Below, in pieces: positions 54,079 through 63,321 of a stretch of DNA of 64,000 nucleotides (the stretch's first letter is position 1; each line of letters starts with the position of its first letter). The DNA is from Minisyncoccota bacterium (GTDB lineage Bacteria; Patescibacteriota; Minisyncoccia; Phycocordibacterales; UBA9973), in assembly GCA_041659845.1 (NCBI GenBank), contig JBAZXM010000001.1, positions 124 through 64,123 of the forward strand, in the 5' to 3' direction. The position numbers and the translations under genes were made by a program. Below the pieces are notes generated by a model, which saw only the letters and a list, made by a program, of their open reading frames with translations, was not told the DNA's origin and did not search any database.

Positions 54079-54966
54079 ATGCTTAAAAAAGACAAAACCA
54101 AGAGTGTTTTGTCCAAACGGCAAAACATCACAGAAAAATTACCAAATATTTGGGAACTTGAATTTAAAAAACCATTCGAAATAGTTAATGGAAAACGCAG
54201 ATGGAATTTTCCCCCTAGGGAATATAATACATCTGGTATCTACATACTCAAAGAAAGATCAAAAATAATTGATCTTCGTATGGCCTTATCCCTGTATAAT
54301 ATGGTGTTAAAATTGAATAAAGTTAAGGGGTATAATACTGAAATTTACACAGTCGCACTTTGTTGTGTACCTAAGGAATCCTTAAAAAAATCTCTTGTAC
54401 ATTTTACTAAGCAGATAGCTAAATATCCTCTTGGTTGTACCATTAATCAACTTTATGATTTTTGGGAAAAAGATAGCATGAGAGATCCGAGTATGTTTTT
54501 GCAATTTCAAACTCCATATGAAATGAAAGAAAATATAAAGCGAGCTTGCACCTATCGGAGATTTGATTATCGATATCGTTCTGGTGTGTATCTTATCCGA
54601 GAGAATGGGGTTGTTGTGTATGTGGGTATGAGTACTAGTAACTTGTACCAAGTTCTCTATAATCATTTTACCCCATATCCATCTGATCGTGCTGGATTGC
54701 ATTATCGTGTAGAATACTCGCAAACATTAAATATTCATTCTTATGATGTTGCGATTATTGATATCCCCGGAATTAATAAAAGTGATGGAAAAATTACAGA
54801 GCTTAGCACTGGAGAAATTCGTGCAAAAGTATCTGACCTAGAAAAGAGGTTAATCGCCATCTATAAACCGAGAGATAATCGCAGAGATGTTCCATTAGAT
54901 GTTTCCGTTGAGTCGAACAAGGAAGATAAATCATGGCTGCAAGGAGAAGAAGAGGCTCCATTTTAA
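54079..54966 (+). CDS. Hypothetical protein with GIY-YIG-like nuclease motifs (295 aa)
   Basis: SGIYILKERSKIIDL... and YRSGVYLIRENGVVVYVGMSTSNLYQVLYNHF. Confidence 0.5.
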   Translation: MLKKDKTKSVLSKRQNITEKLPNIWELEFKKPFEIVNGKRRWNFPPREYNTSGIYILKERSKIIDLRMALSLYNMVLKLNKVKGYNTEIYTVALCCVPKESLKKSLVHFTKQIAKYPLGCTINQLYDFWEKDSMRDPSMFLQFQTPYEMKENIKRACTYRRFDYRYRSGVYLIRENGVVVYVGMSTSNLYQVLYNHFTPYPSDRAGLHYRVEYSQTLNIHSYDVAIIDIPGINKSDGKITELSTGEIRAKVSDLEKRLIAIYKPRDNRRDVPLDVSVESNKEDKSWLQGEEEAPF

Positions 54967-55075
54967 AATCCCCAAGCTTTAAAAGCAGGGGATTTTTGTT
55001 TGACTTTTTGTGAAAAATATATTATTGTTTGAACAAGTTATATATGTAAATTCAAAAACTAAAAATAATAAAACA

Positions 55076-55693
55076 ATGAAAAAATTAGCAATATTTGATT
55101 TCGATGGAGTGTTTGTTCATACACTAGATATGTGTTACGCGATTAACTCAAAGGTTAACCCACATCTTTCTTTTGAGGAGTATAAAAAAATGTCTTATGG
55201 TAACTTTTTCCAATCATTTCAAGGAGATGCTCCTTCAGTTGTATTCACCCCGAGTCCGACATTTTATGAAGAATACGCAGATCAACTTTTAAACAATTTC
55301 AGCGTTTCAAAAGAACTCAATAAAATGTTTTTTAGGTTAAAAAGAGAATACACTCTTTGTATTGTAACATCTGCATTAGAAGAAATTATAAAGCCCTTTT
55401 TAAAAAAAGAAGGGTTGCTGGAATTATTTTCTGATGTGCTTGGAAAGGAAGTCCACAAAAGTAAAGTGGTTAAGCTGAAACATTTACTTGAAAAATATGC
55501 AGTTGCATCTGAAAATGCACTGTATGTGACAGATACACTCGGTGATATCAGAGAGGCTCGCGAAGCTGGTATTGGAAGCATTGGTGTGACCTGGGGACTT
55601 CATGAATACGAAGTACTCATAATAGGGAATCCATTGTCGATTTCAGAGAGCGTCAAAGACCTGGAGCAAAAAATTAATTTTTTTCTATGTTAA
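55076..55693 (+). CDS. HAD-superfamily hydrolase (start MKKLAIFDFDGV; track start 55010)
   Basis: DFDGV motif I, C-terminal GD..D motif (TDTLGDIREAREAG). Confidence 0.8.
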   Translation: MKKLAIFDFDGVFVHTLDMCYAINSKVNPHLSFEEYKKMSYGNFFQSFQGDAPSVVFTPSPTFYEEYADQLLNNFSVSKELNKMFFRLKREYTLCIVTSALEEIIKPFLKKEGLLELFSDVLGKEVHKSKVVKLKHLLEKYAVASENALYVTDTLGDIREAREAGIGSIGVTWGLHEYEVLIIGNPLSISESVKDLEQKINFFLC

Positions 55694-55717
55694 AAACCCC
55701 GAATCTCGGGGTTTTTA
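55692..55717 (+). terminator. Rho-independent terminator
   Basis: aaaaaccccga atc tcggggttttt. Confidence 0.75.
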
Positions 55718-55792
55718 TTTCGACAAGCGAGTAGCACGTGAATGAGTATTCTCATACACGATGTACGAGTCGAAGTCGAATTAAAGTACTCT

Positions 55793-56716
55793 TTATTTTG
55801 TATGCAGATGCATGTAGATGTTTTCGAGGGCTTTGACGGCGTCGCCGGCGGCTATGTTGTTCTGGTGGTAGAGGCCGTCGGTGCAGTCGCCAGCGGCCCA
55901 TATGCCTTCTATTGATGTCATCTGGGTGCGAGGGTCGACTTTGATTTTTTTGTTTTCATCAAGCATGACGAGTGAGGAAGCGAAGCCGGTATTCGGGATT
56001 TGCCCAATTTCCACGAAGATTCCAGTGACAGGCAGGGTATGTATTTCGTTTGTGATTTTATCTTTATAAACGATTCCGTTTACGAATTTATCACCTGTGA
56101 TTTCCAGAATTTCCAAATTCTTTATCGCTTTCATTTTCGGATTTTTCAATACAGCGTTCACCGTAATTTCATCAGCGCGAAATTCAGCGCTGCGGTGGAG
56201 GAGTGTTACGCTTTTACAGTATGCCAGCAACTGTGCTGCGGATTCGAATCCGGCATTCCCACCGCCGATGACTACAACATCCTGCCCAGAAAAAAGTGGA
56301 CCATCGCAAGTAGCGCAATAAGTGAGGCCTTTATTTTCATAAATATCCGCATTCTTGGCTTCAATTTTTCTTCGGCTTGAACCTGTGACAATAAGTGCAG
56401 TTTTCGCTTCATATGAGCCTTTGTCAGTTGATACGGAAAAATGATCATTAAGTTTAGTTATACCATTAGCTATTTCGCTTTCTTTAATAGTCAAAAACTC
56501 GCCTTCATAGGCTTTTATATGCTTTTTTAAATTACCTGCAAGGTCACTGCCGGAAATTGTTTCCGTGCCTATCCAATTATATATTTCAGTGGATACGCTT
56601 GATTGCCCGCCGAATTCGGCAGTTACGAGTAATGTCCTTAATTGTTTACGTGCCGCATACACTGCACCAGCAGCACCGGCAGGTCCGCCACCTAAAATTA
56701 TAAGATCGTAAATCAT
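55793..56716 (-). CDS. trxB: Thioredoxin reductase
   Basis: IILGGGPAGAAGAVYAAR, redox-active CATCDG. Confidence 0.88.
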   Translation of the reverse strand: MIYDLIILGGGPAGAAGAVYAARKQLRTLLVTAEFGGQSSVSTEIYNWIGTETISGSDLAGNLKKHIKAYEGEFLTIKESEIANGITKLNDHFSVSTDKGSYEAKTALIVTGSSRRKIEAKNADIYENKGLTYCATCDGPLFSGQDVVVIGGGNAGFESAAQLLAYCKSVTLLHRSAEFRADEITVNAVLKNPKMKAIKNLEILEITGDKFVNGIVYKDKITNEIHTLPVTGIFVEIGQIPNTGFASSLVMLDENKKIKVDPRTQMTSIEGIWAAGDCTDGLYHQNNIAAGDAVKALENIYMHLHTK

Positions 56717-56752
56717 TTATTTTAAAAATTATTTATAGTGAGAAATCTCGAA

Positions 56753-57919
56753 CTATTTCTTGCCACGGCGTAAAAATGCCGGGACCGCGCTCCAATCTTC
56801 CATTTCTTCATCGTCGATAATTATTTCTTCAACTTGTTTCTTCTCAGTTTTTTGCACAGGAATTTCAGATTGAATAGGTAGAGAATTGTTAATTTCTCTC
56901 CTCTCTTCTTTTTCAGTCTTTTGTGATGATACGAATGGAGAGAACAAAGTCTTTCTTGGAGCATCAGTAGGAAAACCAGTTGCAATTACTGTGACTCTTA
57001 TTTCACCCTTCTTTAAGCGTTCGTCTTTGATTGTGCCGAATATCACTTTAGCTTCCTTATCAATTGATTCAGTGATAACCTTCGCTGCTTCTTGGATTTC
57101 GAGGATCCCAAGATCATCTCCGCCTGAAATAGCGAATAGCACACCCTTTGCACCATTAATTGATACATCAAGAAGAGGTGAATTAATAGCATCTGTAGCG
57201 GCCTTTGTAGCTCTGCCTTCACCTGAAGCGGAGCCGATGCCCATGAGTGCTGTACCGGCATCGGACATGATCGCTTTAATATCGGCAAAGTCGACATTAA
57301 TGATACCAGGAGTAGTGATGAGGTCGGAAATGCCTTCTACGGCTTGGCGAAGGATTTCATCACACATTGCGAATGCTTGTTTGAATCCAGTATCCTTGCC
57401 AGCGATTGAAAGGAGGCGATCATTCGGGATTATTAGAATCGCATCGACTTCTTTTTCAAGTTCTTCGAGTCCGCGATCGGCAAGCTTGCCGCGCTGATTG
57501 CCTTCAAATGAAAAAGGTTTCGTAACGACAGCGACAGTAAGTATACCTTGCTCTTTTGCTGCCTGTGCAACTATAGGCGCGGCTCCCGTGCCTGTACCGC
57601 CTCCCATTCCAGATGCGATGAAAATCATATCTGCGCCCTTGATGACATCTTGGATTTCCGCCTTGGTTTCTTCCGCTGCACGCTTGCCGATTTCCGGGTT
57701 CATGCCGGCGCCTAAGCCTTTGGTTAGATTTTTACCCAAGTGGATTTTTCTGTCTGCAAGAGAATTATGCAGATCTTGAGTATCGGTATTCATAACGATG
57801 AATTCAACACCGCGGACTTTTGAACTGATCATGTGGTTGAGAGCGTTCTTCCCGGAGCCACCGACACCGATAACTTTAATTCGAGCAAATGTTTCTATTT
57901 CAGGATTGATTTTTGGCAT
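56753..57919 (-). CDS. ftsZ: Cell division GTPase FtsZ
   Basis: IKVIGVGGSGKNALNHM, GGGTGTGAAP tubulin signature. Confidence 0.93.
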   Translation of the reverse strand: MPKINPEIETFARIKVIGVGGSGKNALNHMISSKVRGVEFIVMNTDTQDLHNSLADRKIHLGKNLTKGLGAGMNPEIGKRAAEETKAEIQDVIKGADMIFIASGMGGGTGTGAAPIVAQAAKEQGILTVAVVTKPFSFEGNQRGKLADRGLEELEKEVDAILIIPNDRLLSIAGKDTGFKQAFAMCDEILRQAVEGISDLITTPGIINVDFADIKAIMSDAGTALMGIGSASGEGRATKAATDAINSPLLDVSINGAKGVLFAISGGDDLGILEIQEAAKVITESIDKEAKVIFGTIKDERLKKGEIRVTVIATGFPTDAPRKTLFSPFVSSQKTEKEERREINNSLPIQSEIPVQKTEKKQVEEIIIDDEEMEDWSAVPAFLRRGKK

Positions 57920-58022
57920 ACAGATTTAATAAAATAATAAAAGTATATCACCCATAATAGCAACAAAGGGAGTATGGTGCAAATATGGAAGTTTTGAAGA
58001 TTTCTATATTAAATATTAGTTT

Positions 58023-59189
58023 TTATGGTAGAAGTTGTTTTACAACATTACCAATAAAACGTTTAAAAGACTTGAATGATTCATTTATTGAGCCGGGCTC
58101 TGAACCGTTTTGAGGGTCTATACCTGAAATACAGAGGCCGAGAGCTACGAACCAAGATGAGTCGCGAGGCTTGATCTTTGATTGGGCGAAATATTCCGCT
58201 GTGCCGATTTTCGCTGGTAGTTTGAGAGAGTGTTTCGCGAGGTCTTCAATGAGTGGGAGATTTGACCCACCACCTGTAATTATTATACCGGCAGGCAAGA
58301 GCGCACTTCTGCCGATTTTCTTCAAATGCTTTTCAATGAGTTCAAAGATATCGCTGAGCCGAGCTTCTATGATTTCATCAAGTTTCTTTTTCGGATAATT
58401 CGAAATCATACTGCCGATTTTAATACCCTCTGCTTCCTCAAGTGGAATTTTCAGGCCGAGTGCTATGTCTTTAGTGATTTCCGTTCCGCCGATTGAGAAT
58501 ACTTGAAGTGAAATGATATTTCCGTTTTCGAAAGTTGCAATTGAAACGGTTTCCGCACCGATATTAGCAAGTATGCATCCGGCAATTTTTTGTTTATCAG
58601 TGAGAGTTACTAGGCTTGCGGCCATAGGGGATGCGATTACATTAATGACATCAACTCCAGCCTCGCTGACAGCAACTATCAAATCTTCTAAATGTTGAGC
58701 TAAGCAAGTGACGAAAAGAGTCTTTACCTCAAGCTTAGTACCCTGCATGCCATCCGGCCGGCCATGGATGTCTTTACCATCGAGACGATAGGAGATCGGG
58801 ACGGTTTGGATTATTTTTTTATTTGAAAGCTCTAAAGTCTCTTCAGCACCATCTATGGCTTTTGATATATCAAGCTTTGTGACTTCGTGATCTCCGCGGG
58901 AGACGATAGCGACGCCAGCGGCTGTTTCTGAACTCAAAGAAATTCCTCCGATAGATACGAATGCTCTCTTTATTTTAATCTGTGAATTTTTTTCGGCTTC
59001 TGCTACTGCCTTTTGAATACTTTTAACAGCTTCAGACATATTAGTAATATAGCCGTGTCGGAGCCCTCGAGATTCAGCAGAGCCTATACCTATGATGCGG
59101 GGGAATTGTTCGTCCTTCACGCGTTCAGCCACGACGACACGAACAGTCGAGGTACCTACATCTATGCCGATGGTGATGTTGCGGATCAT
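58023..59189 (-). CDS. ftsA: Cell division protein FtsA
   Basis: IGIDVGTSTVRVVVAE actin-fold N-terminus, GGGS phosphate 2 motif, position upstream of ftsZ. Confidence 0.9.
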   Translation of the reverse strand: MIRNITIGIDVGTSTVRVVVAERVKDEQFPRIIGIGSAESRGLRHGYITNMSEAVKSIQKAVAEAEKNSQIKIKRAFVSIGGISLSSETAAGVAIVSRGDHEVTKLDISKAIDGAEETLELSNKKIIQTVPISYRLDGKDIHGRPDGMQGTKLEVKTLFVTCLAQHLEDLIVAVSEAGVDVINVIASPMAASLVTLTDKQKIAGCILANIGAETVSIATFENGNIISLQVFSIGGTEITKDIALGLKIPLEEAEGIKIGSMISNYPKKKLDEIIEARLSDIFELIEKHLKKIGRSALLPAGIIITGGGSNLPLIEDLAKHSLKLPAKIGTAEYFAQSKIKPRDSSWFVALGLCISGIDPQNGSEPGSINESFKSFKRFIGNVVKQLLP

Positions 59190-59249
59190 TGAAAGTAATT
59201 ACGAATTACAAATTATTAATTAAGAACGAAAACCCAACTTTTACATATT

Positions 59250-59642
59250 TTAAAAGTTGAACTTTTTCGAGAGTCGCACTTCTTGCTTTTCCATTATACT
59301 CCCATGAGCCATTCCTTTCAAATGAAGCAATCCGTGGATAAAGATAAAGCCTAAAAACTTCTCATAAGATTTTCCAAATTGAGGCGCCTCGCGCTTTACT
59401 GTTTCTAGATTAATCACCATTTCACCGGAAGTTTTAGAAAGCGGAAAGCTGAGCACGTTTGGCACATAATCTTTGCCACGGTAACGAATATTGAGTTCCT
59501 GTGCCAGCTTTTTTGAAGCGAAGACAATAGAGAGTTCATATTTTTTCCCAAGCACTTTTTCTTTGATGTCCAAAAAAGGCAAGCGTGGGAGCTTGCCTTT
59601 TTTCGGTTTCCGGATTGTTATTGTTTCCGAAACATTTTTCAT
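59250..59642 (-). CDS. ybeY: Endoribonuclease YbeY (rRNA maturation factor)
   Basis: IFIHGLLHLKGMAHG (H..LHL.G.DH zinc motif). Confidence 0.8.
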   Translation of the reverse strand: MKNVSETITIRKPKKGKLPRLPFLDIKEKVLGKKYELSIVFASKKLAQELNIRYRGKDYVPNVLSFPLSKTSGEMVINLETVKREAPQFGKSYEKFLGFIFIHGLLHLKGMAHGSIMEKQEVRLSKKFNF

Positions 59643-59645
59643 TTT

Positions 59646-59870
59646 TTACATTTTGCCGAGCTTTTTCAATTTCTCAACTTCTTTTCGGCGAGCCATTTTT
59701 TTAAGAGCTACTGTTTTCAGTGAAAGTTTTGACTTCGGGCGCTGGTTGTAACGGTTGGCCTTTACATGCCTGACAGTGCCGGACTCTATCATCTTTCGCG
59801 AAAATCTGCGGAGCAGACTTGCGTTGTTTTCATTTGCGTTTTTCTTGACTTCGATAATCGTTGTTGACAT
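59646..59870 (-). CDS. rpsU: 30S ribosomal protein S21
   Basis: ...ASLLRRFSRKMIESGTVRHVKANRYNQRPKSKLSLKTVALKKMARR pattern (ALRRFkR...G.....r...yekPs.krk.k). Confidence 0.65.
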   Translation of the reverse strand: MSTTIIEVKKNANENNASLLRRFSRKMIESGTVRHVKANRYNQRPKSKLSLKTVALKKMARRKEVEKLKKLGKM

Positions 59871-60003
59871 GGCGTGATAATAGCATAGGAAAATAAAACC
59901 CGCAACTGGAATGTGAGCCGGATACTCGGGATTGTTTAAGGGAGAGGAGAAATAAAAAAAGTATCACGGTTTAAGTGATACTTTCTGTAAAAAATTCATT
60001 TTA

Positions 60004-60237
60004 CTACTCCCTAGGAAATTCAACTTTTATTCCTTTTGGTAAACGAAATTCTACTTTGGTTGTAATACTAATTGGATCATCTTCTTGGATTGTGTTGTCA
60101 ACAATGCCACCATTAGCACGTATGAGCGTAAAAACCTTAGTTCTGAGAATTCGGTGGGGTCTTATTTCACGACCATCTGTACAGATAAATTTAATGTGTT
60201 TTACGTATTCAACACCAGGCACTTCATAGGTTTTCAT
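60004..60237 (-). CDS. Hypothetical small protein (77 aa)
   Basis: ORF in operon-like run with rpsU/ybeY; no motif recognised. Confidence 0.4.
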   Translation of the reverse strand: MKTYEVPGVEYVKHIKFICTDGREIRPHRILRTKVFTLIRANGGIVDNTIQEDDPISITTKVEFRLPKGIKVEFPRE

Positions 60238-60352
60238 TTCATTTTATTTTTAAGGTTTGTTTGCCCACACGATAGCATGGAGTATTTGACTTGTCAATGG
60301 TATATGCTATACTCCTCAATATTGTTTAACTAGTTATTTAAAAATAGTAAAT

Positions 60353-60709
60353 ATGATATCGAAAAGCTCAAAAAGCCTACTAGGCTATTACTTTGATTTT
60401 TGTGAAAAATCTTTGTTTTTAAAAGATTTTTTTGAAAAAATTTATGATAAGAAAAAACTCTCAGACGATGATTTATGCATGCTTTTAGGAATAATTGAGA
60501 AAGGAGAAAAAGATCTGGAAAGTGTTTGTTTTTGGCGAGAACAAATACTAGAAGATTTTAAAAAAGAAAAAGTGGAATTGAAAAGAAAACAAATACTCAT
60601 TTTCATTCAAAGAAATAATGCAATGAAAAAAGAAATTCAAGTTTGTAGGCAGATTCTAAAAAAGCTTAATGAAAAATGGAATTCTATTGAAGGATTCGCT
60701 AACGAATAA
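60353..60709 (+). CDS. Hypothetical protein (118 aa)
   Basis: ORF followed by bidirectional terminator. Confidence 0.4.
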   Translation: MISKSSKSLLGYYFDFCEKSLFLKDFFEKIYDKKKLSDDDLCMLLGIIEKGEKDLESVCFWREQILEDFKKEKVELKRKQILIFIQRNNAMKKEIQVCRQILKKLNEKWNSIEGFANE

Positions 60710-60721
60710 AATATTTCTTTA

Positions 60722-60755
60722 TTCGCAATCTTAAACCCATCTTTTTAAAGAAGAT
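60722..60755. terminator. Bidirectional terminator (60353..60709 + / priA-like -)
   Basis: aacccatctt tttaaag aagatgggtt + T4. Confidence 0.7.
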
Positions 60756-60785
60756 GGGTTTTTTAATATTCTGTTAGTTAAATTA

Positions 60786-62741
60786 CTAAAACAAATTCTC
60801 CGGGTTTACTTCGATTTGAAACGATGGAGGGAGGGAAGTGAGAAGGTCGGAAAGAGTGGTATCGAATGTGCCTGTACCTGCGAGGATAGGCTTTTGCCAT
60901 GTTTCAGGCTTGATTTTGAGAATCATGAGTGTGGTGTCGAAACCTTTTATTTTTGGAATGCCAGCGGGGATGATGTCAGGTGCGTAATTGGCAAAAATCT
61001 TTGCAAGGTTATCCTTCACCGCAATTGTGTCGAATGGTTTTGTCTTTACTGTAACTTTTATAAGTGTCGAGAATGGCGGATAGTTGAGCATTTTGCGATC
61101 GTGTAGTTCTCCACGATAAAAATCAGTGAGATTACCGGAATGCAGATATCCAAGAATTTGCTCTTCAGGGTTTTTCGTCTGGATTAGGAGCGGCATATCT
61201 GAGAGCGCCTGTAAGATGGCGACCAGCTGGACTATTTTTTCTCCTATGCGGAATGACGGCAAGGAAAAGAGCGAGTCAAAAGAAATAATCGCAACAGCCC
61301 CAACCTTCTCATTAAGGTGCGAGAGCGCAAGCTCTGTGCCGACTAATATTGCGCCTTTGGTTTTGTAAAATTGCTCGGCAATTTTTTTGCCTTGGGCCCT
61401 CGTCTTTACCTTTTCCGCATCGATGATAAAGATTGAAATATCTGGGAAAAGCTTTTTCACCGCTTCCGCTGTATTTTCGGTACCGATGCCGAGTGTGGTC
61501 AAGTTCCAGCTTCCGCAGTTTTTACAGCGAGTTTTCGGATTATATATTTTTTTGCACATCGGACATCTATAAGTAGATCCATTATCTTTTTTAAAAAGTA
61601 TAAGTGGTGCTGTGCAAGTATCACAAAGGACAGTAGTTGAACAGTCATTACAAACAGTTGAAGGCGCGAGACCTTTGCGAAGTGTGAAGAGAAAAATATT
61701 TTGTCCATTTTTTACAACGTCTTCAACTAATCTTTTCGATTCGTCGCTTATTATTCTGAATTCTTTTTTCTCGCCGTCTGTTTTAATATTTGTAGGTACT
61801 ATTATCGGTCTCGCACCATGCAGGCGGAATGATGGCAACGCAAGCTCGGAGAGTTCATGTTCATTGTAGCGTTCGATAGTCTCAGCTCTGACGAGCGTGT
61901 CAGCGAGAATAAGCCGACTTTCGATTTCACTCGCGAAAAGTTCGGCAAATAAACGGAGATCTATGAATGGCCGAGAGATTGTCTTATAAGAGCTTGAGCT
62001 CTCACGTTCTACAATGATGGTGCCCAGGTCTCCACGCGGTATTGAAAGAAAGGGCGCGGTCCCGACGATAATGACAGGATGCAGATTTTTCATGATTGCT
62101 TCATATGATTCAAGTAATTTCTTTTTTGAAAATTCACCGTGGACCAAATATGCATTATCTTCGACCCCTTTCTTTAGGATTTCATGGAAGCGCGTCGCTT
62201 CATGGATGGTCGGCAGGACGAAGAAAATAGATTTCTTACGGGCGAATGATTGGCGTATTTCCATTCGATATGATTCCAATCGCTCTTCATATGCCGCTTG
62301 AAAGATGAGCTTTTCTTTTGAAATGTTTTTCTTCTCATTTTCAAGAAGCATAGATGCGGATAATTTTTCACATGCTTCAAGAAAGATTGTCGGGATTAAT
62401 GCGGTTAAAGCAGATGAAAGAGATGCAGCGTGGATCTTTGCGATACTTTTCACTGCGCAGATAAATGTGGGGGAGAATGGCGGATGTTCGAGTATTTTCT
62501 CTATTTTCTTTAAATGGAATGCGGATGATTTTATTCGTGATTTAGCATCAGCAAGTGGCTCGGAACCTGTGGAAAGGCCTATGATTTTTTTTGTGCGGAC
62601 GCTTGTTATCACAAGCCTGCCAGGCTCTATAGGCTCTGACGAAAAATAAGTAAGCTCTTCTTTAAAGATACCTCGTGCTATCGGGATGATGGTTACTATA
62701 TGCATTACATAAAGGGTAGCATATCGACACTTTGTGTTCAC
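60786..62741 (-). CDS. priA: PriA-like primosomal protein N' with intact Cys4-Cys4 zinc-binding region but no Walker A (GxGKT) and DExH replaced by ERES: predicted ATPase-dead
   Basis: [13 protein letters not shown]...[21 protein letters not shown] zinc-binding motif diagnostic of PriA; segments aligning to helicase motifs Ia-III present ([46 protein letters not shown]) but no GKT/GKS anywhere in 651 aa. Confidence 0.65.
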   Translation of the reverse strand: [651 protein letters not shown]

Positions 62742-62795
62742 CTTTACTTTTCTTTTACTTAGTTCATACTTTAACTAAATCAAAAATGTTCCCTA

Positions 62796-63209
62796 ATGAA
62801 AAAAGTCAAAAAGTGGCTGATTTTGGGAATATTCCTAAAACTCATCCAGGTGATAGGCATATCATTTGTTTATCATCCACTGTTTGTTTTCCTTGAGAAT
62901 TTTAATTTCGGAGGAATATGGCAGCGCTTAGCTCTTCTTGTTGTCATTAATGTAATCTTTATATTTCTCTGGTATCCGCGAGATTCGAAATTAAATGTTT
63001 TACAAATGTTCGCGCTTTCGCTTGCAATTGCATGTGTGCCTACAATTTCGATTGTATTTTCTTTTTCACTGGGATCGGAATTTACTATTGTGATGAAATT
63101 ATGCGGATGGCTGATTGCAATTTTCGTAATAGTGTTCGGTATGGTTCTCCCATTTAAATGGTATAGAAAAGGGGATGGCGAAGATGAGTCCGATAGTTCT
63201 AAAACATAA
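62796..63209 (+). CDS. Hypothetical membrane protein (4 TM helices)
   Basis: Hydrophobic segments; no motif. Confidence 0.45.
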   Translation: MKKVKKWLILGIFLKLIQVIGISFVYHPLFVFLENFNFGGIWQRLALLVVINVIFIFLWYPRDSKLNVLQMFALSLAIACVPTISIVFSFSLGSEFTIVMKLCGWLIAIFVIVFGMVLPFKWYRKGDGEDESDSSKT

Positions 63210-63244
63210 AACCCTCATCACTATTCACGTGCATGAGGGTTTTT
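63208..63244 (+). terminator. Rho-independent terminator
   Basis: aaaaccctcat (14-nt loop) atgagggttttt. Confidence 0.65.
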
Positions 63245-63321
63245 AAATTGCATTTTTATTTCATTTACAAAAAACTTCTATTATTGTAGTATAGAACAAA
63301 AGATTTTTAAAAATATAAAAT

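Noticed and set aside
56886-57497. 203-aa plus-strand ORF antisense to ftsZ
   Set aside because: It is completely overlapped by the conserved ftsZ CDS. Its composition (Ser/Ala/Pro-rich) is typical of antisense translation of a Gly/Ala-rich gene.
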